Assembly (NCBI GenBank): GCA_964469335.1
Contig: CAYXYK010000001.1
Span: 142,501 to 206,500 of the forward strand
From: an uncultured Candidatus Saccharibacteria bacterium
Lineage (GTDB): Bacteria; Patescibacteriota; Minisyncoccia; Phycocordibacterales; UBA6899
Length of the DNA: 64,000 bases
Direction of reading: 5' to 3'
A program made the translations under genes and the position numbers. This document shows positions 18,196 through 25,837 of this stretch, in pieces; the stretch's first letter is position 1, and each line of letters opens with the position of its first letter. The notes under the pieces are model-generated. The model was not told the DNA's origin and searched no databases. It saw nothing but the letters and a program-made list of their open reading frames with translations.

Positions 18196-18248
18196 TGGGC
18201 GGAGGAAGCAAGCAGGCTGCCCTGCTTGTGAGGTGAAATTCGAAGACC
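18196..18248 (-). repeat. Inverted copy of the tRNA-Ser 3' end interrupted by a CAAG..GCAG..CTTG hairpin
   Basis: Minus strand reads TTCGAATTTCACCTCA-[caagcagg GCAG cctgcttg]-CTTCCTCCGCCCA. A 24-bp palindromic terminator (18153-18200) lies between it and the tRNA; a further direct partial T-loop copy GGTTTCGAATCTCACC is at 18299-18314. Confidence 0.6.
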
Positions 18249-18430
18249 TCGCCGATGTTTCGGCTTTGCGAAACTGCCGAGGTGTACTGAAGCCGCAGGT
18301 TTCGAATCTCACCGGGCTTTTGTGACCGAATCTAATCTCTACCCTGTCCTACCACAACCCCACTCTTCCACTCCTACAGTGGGTAACTTGCTTCGTTGTC
18401 TGACTTCGTCTGTGCTAGAATAAGCACATT

Positions 18431-18880
18431 ATGGAGTGGGAAGCACTGGAGCATTCATATAGCGAGAAGACCAATGATTGGTATGCTTCGGCGATACTCA
18501 TTTCTGGTTCACTCATTGCGGTTGAATTCCTGTTGAATAATTTTCTGCTTATCACCCTCACCGTGATAGCTACGGTGGCATTCTTGCTTATGGCCGCAAA
18601 AAAGCCTGATATGGTGCATGTACAAATAAGAAAGAATGGTATTCGTGTCGGTGAAATACTTTACCCTTATCAAATGCTCGAGGGATTCTCTGTCATCGAA
18701 TACACTCCAGAGCGTCGGCTTCTGCTTCAATCAACACGAACGTTCATGCCGCTCATCGTCATTCATATCGCCGACGATATCGACGTGGAGGAACTTCACG
18801 ATGAACTTGCTCATTACCTCCCAGAGCGTGAATTGCACGAATCAGTGCCACAGCTTTTGATGGAGCGCCTCGGCTTCTAG
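18431..18880 (+). CDS. Hypothetical membrane protein
   Basis: Two predicted TM helices near the N-terminus. Confidence 0.35.
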   Translation: MEWEALEHSYSEKTNDWYASAILISGSLIAVEFLLNNFLLITLTVIATVAFLLMAAKKPDMVHVQIRKNGIRVGEILYPYQMLEGFSVIEYTPERRLLLQSTRTFMPLIVIHIADDIDVEELHDELAHYLPERELHESVPQLLMERLGF

Positions 18881-19080
18881 CCAATTTCGCAAAATCATCC
18901 CGACTACTTGTTGCGGGGCATATGCTACTCGAACGATGTACATGAATACACCTACTTCGTTGCTTTCTCCCTGCCACATAATCGTGCGATTTTGTGAAAT
19001 TGGTTGGGTTTTGACGGGAGAGGGTTTTTCATGTTAGTGTTTCCCTACTCCTCGCCCCAGCGGCATCAGGAGCAATTCAC

Positions 19081-19152
19081 GTCCTCGTCGTTCAATGGAT
19101 AGGACAAGAGTTTGCGGAACTCTAAATATAGGTTCGATTCCTATCGAGGGCA
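19081..19152 (+). tRNA. tRNA-Arg (GCG), unusual anticodon
   Basis: Manual fold: GTCCTCG/CGAGGGC acceptor, GTTC-AATGGATA-GGAC, anticodon stem-loop AGAGT-TTGCGGA-ACTCT, ATAGG-TTCGATT-CCTAT. Confidence 0.6.
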
Positions 19153-20675
19153 CAAAAATTAACTTCTTCTGAAATCTGCCCCGCGCGCAAGCGCGCGGTA
19201 GTCAGGAGGGGGTGGGTGAAATCCGAATTCGTGTTGCATGCAATGGCGAATGCGGTGGGTGGGCTAAATGAGACGGTGACGGATTTATCACGCATGATCG
19301 GGTTCGTTCCGATTTTTTTGATATAGTCCCGAATTTCCAAAAAATTATCGGACGAACTCAATTCCGTGGCTTTTTTCATATCCAAAATCCACTCCCGCAA
19401 AGGTTCGACCCAATTCTTTCTCTCTGCTCGAGCGGATGCCATTTTGTGCGCGAGCGACACCTTTTGCCCAAGGAGGTCATTTTTCTTTTTTAAATATTGC
19501 TCCTTGGGGATATCTCCGTCGAGGTAGAGTCCCACGAGGGTGTCGAGTTTCTGCTGTGTCTCGCGCTCACTTCCCCGCATCCGCTCGAGCTGACTTCCCG
19601 ACGACACGGTTTCCTCTCGCTCCCACTCGTCCACCTGTTTCGACATGCTCACAATCCAGTCGTCGGGAAGTACGATGTTTTGGAGCTGTGCTTTTACCTG
19701 AGCAACGAGCACCGCCTCCCGCATGTACCCCTGCGCACATTTTCCGTTCTTTTTCGTGCACCGATAATACCGATACAGTCCACCATGTCCTTTTGCCCAC
19801 TGTGCGGTAATCATGCCCCCACACTCCCCACAACGAAAAAGTCCGGTGAATGGAAAATCGTGATGCTTTTTTGATTTCACGGGGCGTGCTCGTTTGCTCA
19901 ATCTTTTCTGCACAGCTTCAAATAAGTCGGGAGAAAGAATTGGCGGAAATGTGCCATCAAACCATTCTCCGTGATGCTTCACCAACCCCAAATATGCCCG
20001 ATTGGAAAGCATGCCGGAGATGGCACATTTCGAGAGTGGCGTTCCATTTCGCGTCACAATGCCATGATCCGCCAAAAATTGCGCCATTGATTCGTAGCAA
20101 TGTTTCCCTGTGGCGAATTCCTTAAACACGCGAACAAGCAGGCTAGATTTCACCACGTCAGGCTCAATATTTCGCGTTTTAGGGTTATTTATATATCCAA
20201 ACGGTGCTTTGGTCAGCCATTCGCCACGGCGCAGTTTCTGGCGGATTCCACGCTCCACATTCTGCTTTAAGTTGTCGGAATAGTACTTGGACTGTCCGAA
20301 CGCCACTTGCAACATAAAAAGACCTTGCGGGGTTGGTTCAAACCAAAATGTCGGGAAGCGCAAAGAAATGATCTTGGTCGTGTCTACGGCATAGATGATG
20401 CGCCCGCCATCAATACTATTGCGTGCGAGGCGATCAGGATGCCACGCGAGGATACCCACACCGTCCATCGACTCAATGCGGGACATCATCTCATTGAATT
20501 TCTCACGACCCGGTTTCTTTGCGCTTTTCGACTCTTGAAATTCTTCGAGAATTTCAAGATTTTCTTTATGTGCGAACTCACGAAGCTCAAACAACTGCGC
20601 CTCGATAGACATCACTTGCTTATCATCATCCTCCGTACTCTTTCGCGCATAAAGAAAATATTTTGATTTGCTCAT
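19122..20675 (-). CDS. Large serine recombinase
   Basis: N-terminal YARKSTEDD...SIEAQ resolvase domain with catalytic Ser; CGECGG...YYRC zinc ribbon. The 3' end runs through the left inverted repeat and 31 nt of tRNA-Arg antisense. Start trimmed to MSKSKYF. Confidence 0.8.
   Translation of the reverse strand: MSKSKYFLYARKSTEDDDKQVMSIEAQLFELREFAHKENLEILEEFQESKSAKKPGREKFNEMMSRIESMDGVGILAWHPDRLARNSIDGGRIIYAVDTTKIISLRFPTFWFEPTPQGLFMLQVAFGQSKYYSDNLKQNVERGIRQKLRRGEWLTKAPFGYINNPKTRNIEPDVVKSSLLVRVFKEFATGKHCYESMAQFLADHGIVTRNGTPLSKCAISGMLSNRAYLGLVKHHGEWFDGTFPPILSPDLFEAVQKRLSKRARPVKSKKHHDFPFTGLFRCGECGGMITAQWAKGHGGLYRYYRCTKKNGKCAQGYMREAVLVAQVKAQLQNIVLPDDWIVSMSKQVDEWEREETVSSGSQLERMRGSERETQQKLDTLVGLYLDGDIPKEQYLKKKNDLLGQKVSLAHKMASARAERKNWVEPLREWILDMKKATELSSSDNFLEIRDYIKKIGTNPIMRDKSVTVSFSPPTAFAIACNTNSDFTHPLLTTARLRAGQISEEVNFCALDRNRTYI
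19151..19258. repeat. Left copy of a perfect 108-bp inverted repeat flanking the serine recombinase gene
   Basis: Exact reverse complement of 20742-20849; begins at the last 2 nt of tRNA-Arg. Confidence 0.9.
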
Positions 20676-20741
20676 AGATTTGCTTTTGATATAAAAAAAT
20701 GAAAAGTCCGTTGTCGGCTCATTTCCTGCCTTTCTGCCCGT

Positions 20742-20849
20742 CCACCGCATTCGCCATTGCATGCAACACGAATTCGGATTTCACCCACCCCCTCCTGACT
20801 ACCGCGCGCTTGCGCGCGGGGCAGATTTCAGAAGAAGTTAATTTTTGTG
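20742..20849. repeat. Right copy of the perfect 108-bp inverted repeat
   Basis: Reverse complement of 19151-19258. Read on the plus strand it re-encodes the recombinase C-terminal peptide (ORF 20699-20893). Confidence 0.9.
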
Positions 20850-20981
20850 CTCTTTTGCCGTGGCTCGCTCGAACCTTTTTCGAAAATAAATAAGTAATCA
20901 ACAACCACTCAGGCACCCCCGCTCGCTTCGCTCGTCGCCCCACGGGCACTCCCTCTCTCGATTTTTTTCCGCCCCGCCATA
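20850..20981. repeat. 132-bp repeat (copy 1), inverted relative to 29259-29391
   Basis: About 90 percent identical to the reverse complement of 29259-29391. Confidence 0.85.
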
Positions 20982-21082
20982 CCTAAAATCACGAAAGCAT
21001 TTCGCTTACCTTAATGCATTTCTCATGCCAATATATAATATCCCACTTTGGTCTATACCACAATGGGTTATATGCTTAAGGT

Positions 21083-21301
21083 ATGGATAGCATATACACA
21101 AAAGAACATGCGAGGCTTGTTCAGAAGCTTAAGCAGGCACGTGCTGATGCAAAGCTCACCCAGGTGCAAATTGCGAAGATGCTAAAAAAGCCACAATCAT
21201 ATATTTCAAAAATCGAACGTGGCGAGCGAAGGATAGAGGCGCTTGAGCTTGGTAAGTTTGCAAAACTGTACAAAAAAAGCATCGCGTATTTTTTTGAGTA
21301 G
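21083..21301 (+). CDS. XRE-family (Cro/CI-type) HTH transcriptional regulator
   Basis: LTQVQIAKMLKKPQSYISKIERGER HTH. Confidence 0.7.
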   Translation: MDSIYTKEHARLVQKLKQARADAKLTQVQIAKMLKKPQSYISKIERGERRIEALELGKFAKLYKKSIAYFFE

Positions 21302-21302
21302 C

Positions 21303-22136
21303 TCATTCTTTCGACATCAACTCGCGCAGGCGACGATTCACATCGATCGGCTTACCGCTCTCCTTCATAAACGCATACATGCCGAGGATCATCTTTTGAA
21401 TATCGGAGTGGCGAATCTCGATCACCATCTTGTCATTGAGTGCGAGAAGGTACATCGCGTCCTTGAATGCGAATATCTGTGCCGAGTGTTCAAAGTATGA
21501 TTGAGGAAGATATACCGCGGATGATGATCTTCCCTCATAATCTTTTGCCCATGCGTCGCCCATAGCTCTGTAATGATTTTCAATCCAATTCTGTGAAGCG
21601 ACAAGCTCGCTAATGATTCCATTCTTCTTTACGATCCGGTTCCATTCATTGATCTCTTCTGGAGTGAATATCGAGAGCCATCCTTTCTCAAGAATATCCC
21701 CGAATGGGGTGTAACCAAGAAATCGCTCATCTTTTCGTGAGGTAATCATGTCAAAAATCACTTTTTTTACGGCAGCGGCTCCACGATGCACAGTCACCAC
21801 TCCATCTGTCACTCCGCCAACCTCCTCTTTACCATCGGAAAATGCCAGCAGTTTTTTCTTGAGTGCATAGAGTGTATCCGCAAGCTCTTTCTCGCTTGCG
21901 ATATGCCAACTCTTTTTTCCTCCAACAATACGCGACGCAGCAAGCCCACGCTTCTTGAGTTTGAGCAAAATCACATATACCGATGGACGGCTCACGCGTG
22001 TTTTTCGGGCGATATCAAGTACTGAGGCTCTCCCAGATTGGAGAGCAAGAAGGACTTTCTCTTCTTTTAACGACAGATCGAGCATCCTTAACTCTTCGCG
22101 TAGAGGCTCTCTTGTCTTGATTTTTGGGTTTTTCAC
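21303..22136 (-). CDS. TrmB-family transcriptional regulator (paralog of 7373-8128)
   Basis: wHTH LALQSGRASVLDIARKTRVSRPSVYVILLKLKKRGL plus TrmB-like C-terminal domain. Confidence 0.55.
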   Translation of the reverse strand: MKNPKIKTREPLREELRMLDLSLKEEKVLLALQSGRASVLDIARKTRVSRPSVYVILLKLKKRGLAASRIVGGKKSWHIASEKELADTLYALKKKLLAFSDGKEEVGGVTDGVVTVHRGAAAVKKVIFDMITSRKDERFLGYTPFGDILEKGWLSIFTPEEINEWNRIVKKNGIISELVASQNWIENHYRAMGDAWAKDYEGRSSSAVYLPQSYFEHSAQIFAFKDAMYLLALNDKMVIEIRHSDIQKMILGMYAFMKESGKPIDVNRRLRELMSKE

Positions 22137-22332
22137 CCCCTTAGTATAGCAAATTCTACAGTTTTGTAAAGTTTTTTTGACATTTTATGTGCTATTTTCA
22201 TCCTTTATTTACAACATACTTTGTGCATGAATGTTTGATACAACATATATTTTTACTGTCAATACATTTCCTGTTACGATGATACCAGAACGATAAGCAC
22301 AGTGCTTACCGAGAACCTTGAAGGAGACGATC

Positions 22333-22623
22333 ATGTACGAAGACAATCAGGTGCGCGAAATGATGGCGTCGATCCCCCAAGGGTTTGGGGTAGTCGCGGT
22401 ACAGTTCACCAACTGGGACGCGTACAGCGACTTCGAGCTGTACAAGGTTCCAGAAGGAACTGTACTGCCCGACGGCAAAGAGCTTTCTAGCGGCGAGTGT
22501 GCTCGGTATGAATATACCCACCACGCCCGCTACGAAAAGCTCTACTCGTTCTTTCAGGATTACAGGAACATGCTTGGGTGGACCAAGCTAGATTCCTTCA
22601 TCCTAGAGACGAGGTTTGCCTAA
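22333..22623 (+). CDS. Hypothetical protein
   Basis: RBS aaggag then ATG at 22333; followed by a ctggga-acgtga-tcccag hairpin. Confidence 0.4.
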   Translation: MYEDNQVREMMASIPQGFGVVAVQFTNWDAYSDFELYKVPEGTVLPDGKELSSGECARYEYTHHARYEKLYSFFQDYRNMLGWTKLDSFILETRFA

Positions 22624-22687
22624 GGAGCCCTGGGAACGTGATCCCAGTCAATAACTCACCGTCACGCAGGAGGACGTCACTCTCCTG

Positions 22688-22745
22688 CACTTTATCAAGT
22701 TTCTGAAGTGACTCAGAAACTTGTAGAGTAAGTTCTTTGAGAAAT
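22688..22745 (+). repeat. Composite hairpin motif copy a (CTTTATCAAGTT-hairpin-AACTTGTAGAG..AGTTCTTTGA)
   Basis: ctttatcaaGTTTCTGAagtgacTCAGAAACttgtagagtaagttctttgagaaa. Confidence 0.8.
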
Positions 22746-22750
22746 GTTCC

Positions 22751-22859
22751 ATCTAAGTTTTAGGATCGTGCGAGTGATGCATCGCTCGCAGCATCCTAAA
22801 ACTTAGGCTCCCCACGTGAACGGCCCGTATTGGGTACGACGTAGGGGTGAGGAGCAATC
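22751..22859 (+). promoter_or_regulatory. Structured 110-nt leader (54-nt palindrome, then ggggtgaggag RBS) upstream of ORF 22860
   Basis: About 95 percent identical to 24158-24265; palindrome ctaagttttaggatcgtgcgagtgatgcatcgctcgcagcatcctaaaacttag. Confidence 0.6.
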
Positions 22860-23294
22860 ATGAGCAACGCAACTGAAATCATGGGCCTGCTGCATTCCTA
22901 CTACAATAAGGAGACAGCGAAGGTCAGCAGTGGTGAGGTGGATCCAAGGAATCACTTCATCAGCTGCAGAATGGACAAGGTCATTCTTCTGGGTGTGTCA
23001 TCACCAATCCCTAAGGGATGGAAGAAGGCCGGGCCTCGGCAGCTGATTTGGCTGGCTAGCCATTCTCAGTACATGCCGGTGGAGTGGAGAGGGTATGAGC
23101 TTTTGTTCGACGAGGTGGTCTTCCATGACACCGAAGCGGATAAAGACTGCATGCCTAACTCACCTCCGTCACTCTGGGTGCCGACATTGTCGTATAACAA
23201 TGGAAGCATACCCGGCTGGAACAACAAAAGGATCTTCCTTAGTTGTCGGCCGGAGACACATCCCAACATGCTTAGGTTGTGTGTGCCAGAGTAG
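22860..23294 (+). CDS. Hypothetical cassette protein A (144 aa)
   Basis: Preceded by the structured leader; no recognisable domain. Confidence 0.5.
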   Translation: MSNATEIMGLLHSYYNKETAKVSSGEVDPRNHFISCRMDKVILLGVSSPIPKGWKKAGPRQLIWLASHSQYMPVEWRGYELLFDEVVFHDTEADKDCMPNSPPSLWVPTLSYNNGSIPGWNNKRIFLSCRPETHPNMLRLCVPE

Positions 23295-23496
23295 GTGTCC
23301 AACCGCAGCGCTAGCTGACTGCGGTATAAAAATAAACTAGTAGTGGCCAACTCGAGGGCCTGCACAACGTGTGATGCTCTGTAGAAAGAGCGTGGCACGA
23401 GGTGAGTCGCTTCCATACGGCATGGAAAGAAGCGGCAAGCGCTATGACTGGTAGATATGCGCGAACTACCCACCCGCCCGAGCGTGATCGGTGCAT

Positions 23497-23585
23497 GGGG
23501 AATCGGTTGATCGTCATGTGACGATTGATTCCCCTCTTTATCGGGCTCATCACACAGATATGGTGGGTCAGTAGAGACAAGTTCT
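23497..23585 (+). repeat. Composite hairpin motif copy b (degenerate), with hairpin A GGGGAATCGGTTGATCGTCATGTGACGATTGATTCCCC
   Basis: tctttatc-gggctcatcacac...gtgggtc-agtagag-acaagttctttgaa. Confidence 0.6.
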
Positions 23586-23638
23586 TTGAATCAATCGCGA
23601 AATTCTTCGCACTGCACCTCGGGTACTGGGGTAAGGAG

Positions 23639-23797
23639 ATGAGCATGTGGAAATGGGCTGTCATCGCCCTCTGCGGCTTCCAAGCCGTGTGGGCAGCTCA
23701 CTATGTTGTCGAGAATAATGGTTGGTCGATCTTCGCGGTCGCAGCCATCATCATCGACATCCTTGTACTGCTTGCAGTCACAAAGGAGAACAGGTGA
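23639..23797 (+). CDS. Small single/double-TM peptide (52 aa)
   Basis: RBS aaggag; MSMWKWAVIALCGFQAVWAAHYVVENNGWSIFAVAAIIIDILVLLAVTKENR. Confidence 0.35.
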   Translation: MSMWKWAVIALCGFQAVWAAHYVVENNGWSIFAVAAIIIDILVLLAVTKENR

Positions 23798-23825
23798 GTA
23801 CACCCGGCCGGGAGGCCCGAGTATT

Positions 23826-23935
23826 GCGCGCTTGGGAACAGAAGTCGCATTGGGGGAAATTCATTTCCCCACTTTATCAAGTTCATCACATGGGTTGTGA
23901 ACTTGTAGAGTGCAGTTCTTTGAAAACGGCCTGTC
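23826..23935 (+). repeat. Composite hairpin motif copy c, with upstream box CGCTTGGGAACAGAAGTCGCATT and hairpin A GGGGGAAATTCATTTCCCC
   Basis: ctttatcaagttcatcacatgggttgtgaacttgtagagtgcagttctttgaaaa. Confidence 0.8.
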
Positions 23936-24070
23936 TGATGCCTTGTTGCACCGACTCCCAGGAGCGCTGCAGCAAAAATCAAATGGCTGATCACCATTTG
24001 ATGCTGACTATCGGTACTTGAACAAAACGCCGAGACGCCCGCAGATAAGGAAAGTATATCTGTGGGAGCG

Positions 24071-24150
24071 GAGGAAGCCTGCAACTTCCTCCTCTTTATC
24101 AAGTGCATCACATTGGGTGGTGCGCTTGTAGAGAAAGTTCTTTGAGAATA
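24071..24150 (+). repeat. Composite hairpin motif copy d, with hairpin A GGAGGAAGCCTGCAACTTCCTCC
   Basis: tctttatcaagtgcatcacattgggtggtgcgcttgtagagaaagttctttgagaata. Confidence 0.8.
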
Positions 24151-24157
24151 TCTCCAT

Positions 24158-24265
24158 TCTAAGTTTTAGGATCGTGCGAGTGATGCATCGCTCGCAGCAT
24201 CCTAAAACTTAGGCTCCCCACGTGCACGGCCCGCATTGGGTACGGCGTAGGGGTGAGGAGATAAC
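24158..24265 (+). promoter_or_regulatory. Structured 110-nt leader (second copy) upstream of ORF 24266
   Basis: Near-identical to 22751-22859, including the RBS. Confidence 0.6.
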
Positions 24266-24697
24266 ATGTCCAAGATCTATGTTTCACACTTTCATGGTTT
24301 CAACGACCTGGAGGCCACCAAGATGGCTGTGTCAGGCATTGAAGCAGAAAGTGAAAAGGAACTCCGACTGAAGCTTAGGGGTCGCCTCCTCGCCAACCTT
24401 GACAGCATTGTCGAAGAGTTGATGGAGAAGACCTTCAGCCTTCAGTATGTGACCCCGTTGGGTCAAAGGGTTTATCCCGAGGTGTACGAGATGATGCAAA
24501 GCCTGCCCAAGGGGTATACGCTCATCGAGTACACCTACCAGGTGAGGCCTGGGTGCATCGACTATCGAACGATGTACTACCAGGCCCCTGAAGGGATCGA
24601 GGTCGATGGCAAGACCTTGAGGGAAAGCGAGTTCTATCGGGCCGGAGGTTACTACGGAAGTAATCCTCCATGGGCCGTGAACTGCACCCGACTCTGA
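24266..24697 (+). CDS. Hypothetical cassette protein B (143 aa; unrelated in sequence to protein A)
   Basis: Same leader as 22860; the 3' flank 24698-24960 is homologous to 23295-23555. Confidence 0.5.
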   Translation: MSKIYVSHFHGFNDLEATKMAVSGIEAESEKELRLKLRGRLLANLDSIVEELMEKTFSLQYVTPLGQRVYPEVYEMMQSLPKGYTLIEYTYQVRPGCIDYRTMYYQAPEGIEVDGKTLRESEFYRAGGYYGSNPPWAVNCTRL

Positions 24698-24898
24698 CGG
24701 AGTAACCGCAGAGCTTGTTCGAACGACTGCGGTATAGAAATGAACAAGTAGTGGTCAACTCGAGGACCTGCACATTGCATGTCGCCCGTAGAACGGCAGA
24801 TGCACAAGGTGAGACCGTGGATACAGCTAAAACCATGGACAAACGCTTTACTGGTAGATACGCGTGAACTACTCGTCTGCCAGTACGTGAACTGTGCG

Positions 24899-24998
24899 CG
24901 GGGAATCGGTTGATCGTCATGTGACGATTGATTCCCCTCTTTATCAAGTTTCTGAAGAAATTCGGAAGCTTGTAGAGATGAGTTCATTGAATCAGTGT
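24899..24998 (+). repeat. Composite hairpin motif copy e, with hairpin A GGGAATCGGTTGATCGTCATGTGACGATTGATTCCCC
   Basis: tctttatcaagtttctgaagaaattcggaagcttgtagagatgagttcattgaatcag. Confidence 0.8.
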
Positions 24999-25099
24999 GA
25001 TGAAGTGAAGCGATGCCAGGAAGGCCTGTGGGGCATGTCTTTCAAACGAAAGCATGAACACATTCCTGCCATCACTCCACTTCATCACCGGAGATAACT

Positions 25100-25345
25100 A
25101 TGCAAAAGCTGATCATTGTTTGTGCGCTGTTTGTGCTGTCGGGCTGCGATATCGTCTACAGCGATCGCGCCGGCTTTGCGCACGGCTACCGCGACGGGCA
25201 AGGAGTCGCCTTGGGTCATGGAACATGCCAGACATTTCCAAACCCACGGAAGTCGATCATCCCGATCGAGCGACCGGCAAGTTACGCAAATGCATATCGG
25301 GAGGGATATGCGGTGGGCTGCCGAGCCATGCTCCGACATGAGTAA
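25100..25345 (+). CDS. Small lipoprotein (81 aa)
   Basis: Signal peptide and lipobox LSGC; preceded by a long imperfect hairpin leader 25003-25095. Confidence 0.5.
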   Translation: MQKLIIVCALFVLSGCDIVYSDRAGFAHGYRDGQGVALGHGTCQTFPNPRKSIIPIERPASYANAYREGYAVGCRAMLRHE

Positions 25346-25357
25346 GACTCCGAGCCC

Positions 25358-25478
25358 GCGACGCTTGGGAACAGAAGTCGCATTCGCAGAACATTTTGTT
25401 CTGCACTTTATCAAGTTCACGAAATGGCCTGCCTGTCGGCAGACAGGTTCGTGAACTTGTAGAGCAAACTCTTTCAAT
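25358..25478 (+). repeat. Composite hairpin motif copy f, with upstream box CGCTTGGGAACAGAAGTCGCATT and hairpin A GCAGAACATTTTGTTCTGC
   Basis: ctttatcaagttcacgaaatggcctgcctgtcggcagacaggttcgtgaacttgtagagcaaactctttcaatcaaggag. Confidence 0.8.
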
Positions 25479-25491
25479 CAAGGAGAAGACC

Positions 25492-25635
25492 ATGTGGTAT
25501 GTATTCTGTTTTGTGATCGGTTTCGCGTTTGGCGCACTGCTTGTGATCGAGATCAAGCTTGAGCTTGCGGGTTACCAGCCGCCGGAGGGCTACCCACGCA
25601 TTCCGCTTGACCGTGGTCCATACGTGCGACTGTGA
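25492..25635 (+). CDS. Small TM peptide (47 aa)
   Basis: RBS aaggag; MWYVFCFVIGFAFGALLVIEIK... Confidence 0.35.
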   Translation: MWYVFCFVIGFAFGALLVIEIKLELAGYQPPEGYPRIPLDRGPYVRL

Positions 25636-25669
25636 GTGTTCGGTTGAAAATTAACGAAAGGAGATCGTC

Positions 25670-25837
25670 ATGAAGAAAGTCGGGAAGACCCTCGCTCCGC
25701 GCCTGCCGGAGATCGCGAGGAAGAAGCTCACGCAGGGCGGTACGCACAATAACAAGAAGGCGTACAAGAGGAAGGAAAAGCATCACAGCCGAGAGACCTC
25801 TCGGCTGTATTTTTTAGTGATACAATTCATCAGATGA
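25670..25837 (+). CDS. Small highly basic protein (55 aa, K/R-rich)
   Basis: RBS aaggagatcgtc-ATG; MKKVGKTLAPRLPEIARKKLTQGGTHNNKKAYKRKEKHH...; an internal terminator-like hairpin near the 3' end makes the true stop uncertain. Confidence 0.3.
   Translation: MKKVGKTLAPRLPEIARKKLTQGGTHNNKKAYKRKEKHHSRETSRLYFLVIQFIR

Noticed and set aside
20676-20762. N-terminal 29-codon extension of the second serine recombinase ORF and the plus-strand ORF 20699-20893
   Set aside because: The resolvase domain starts at MSKSKYFLYARKST. The plus-strand ORF is the mirror translation produced by the 108-bp inverted repeat, not an independent gene.
22640-25640. Calling the cassette region a bona fide integron
   Set aside because: No intI-type tyrosine recombinase, attI or Pc promoter is visible in the window. 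The motif does not match the attC core consensus (RYYYAAC...GTTRRRY) exactly. The cassettes carry their own structured leaders. I keep this as an analogy in the findings.
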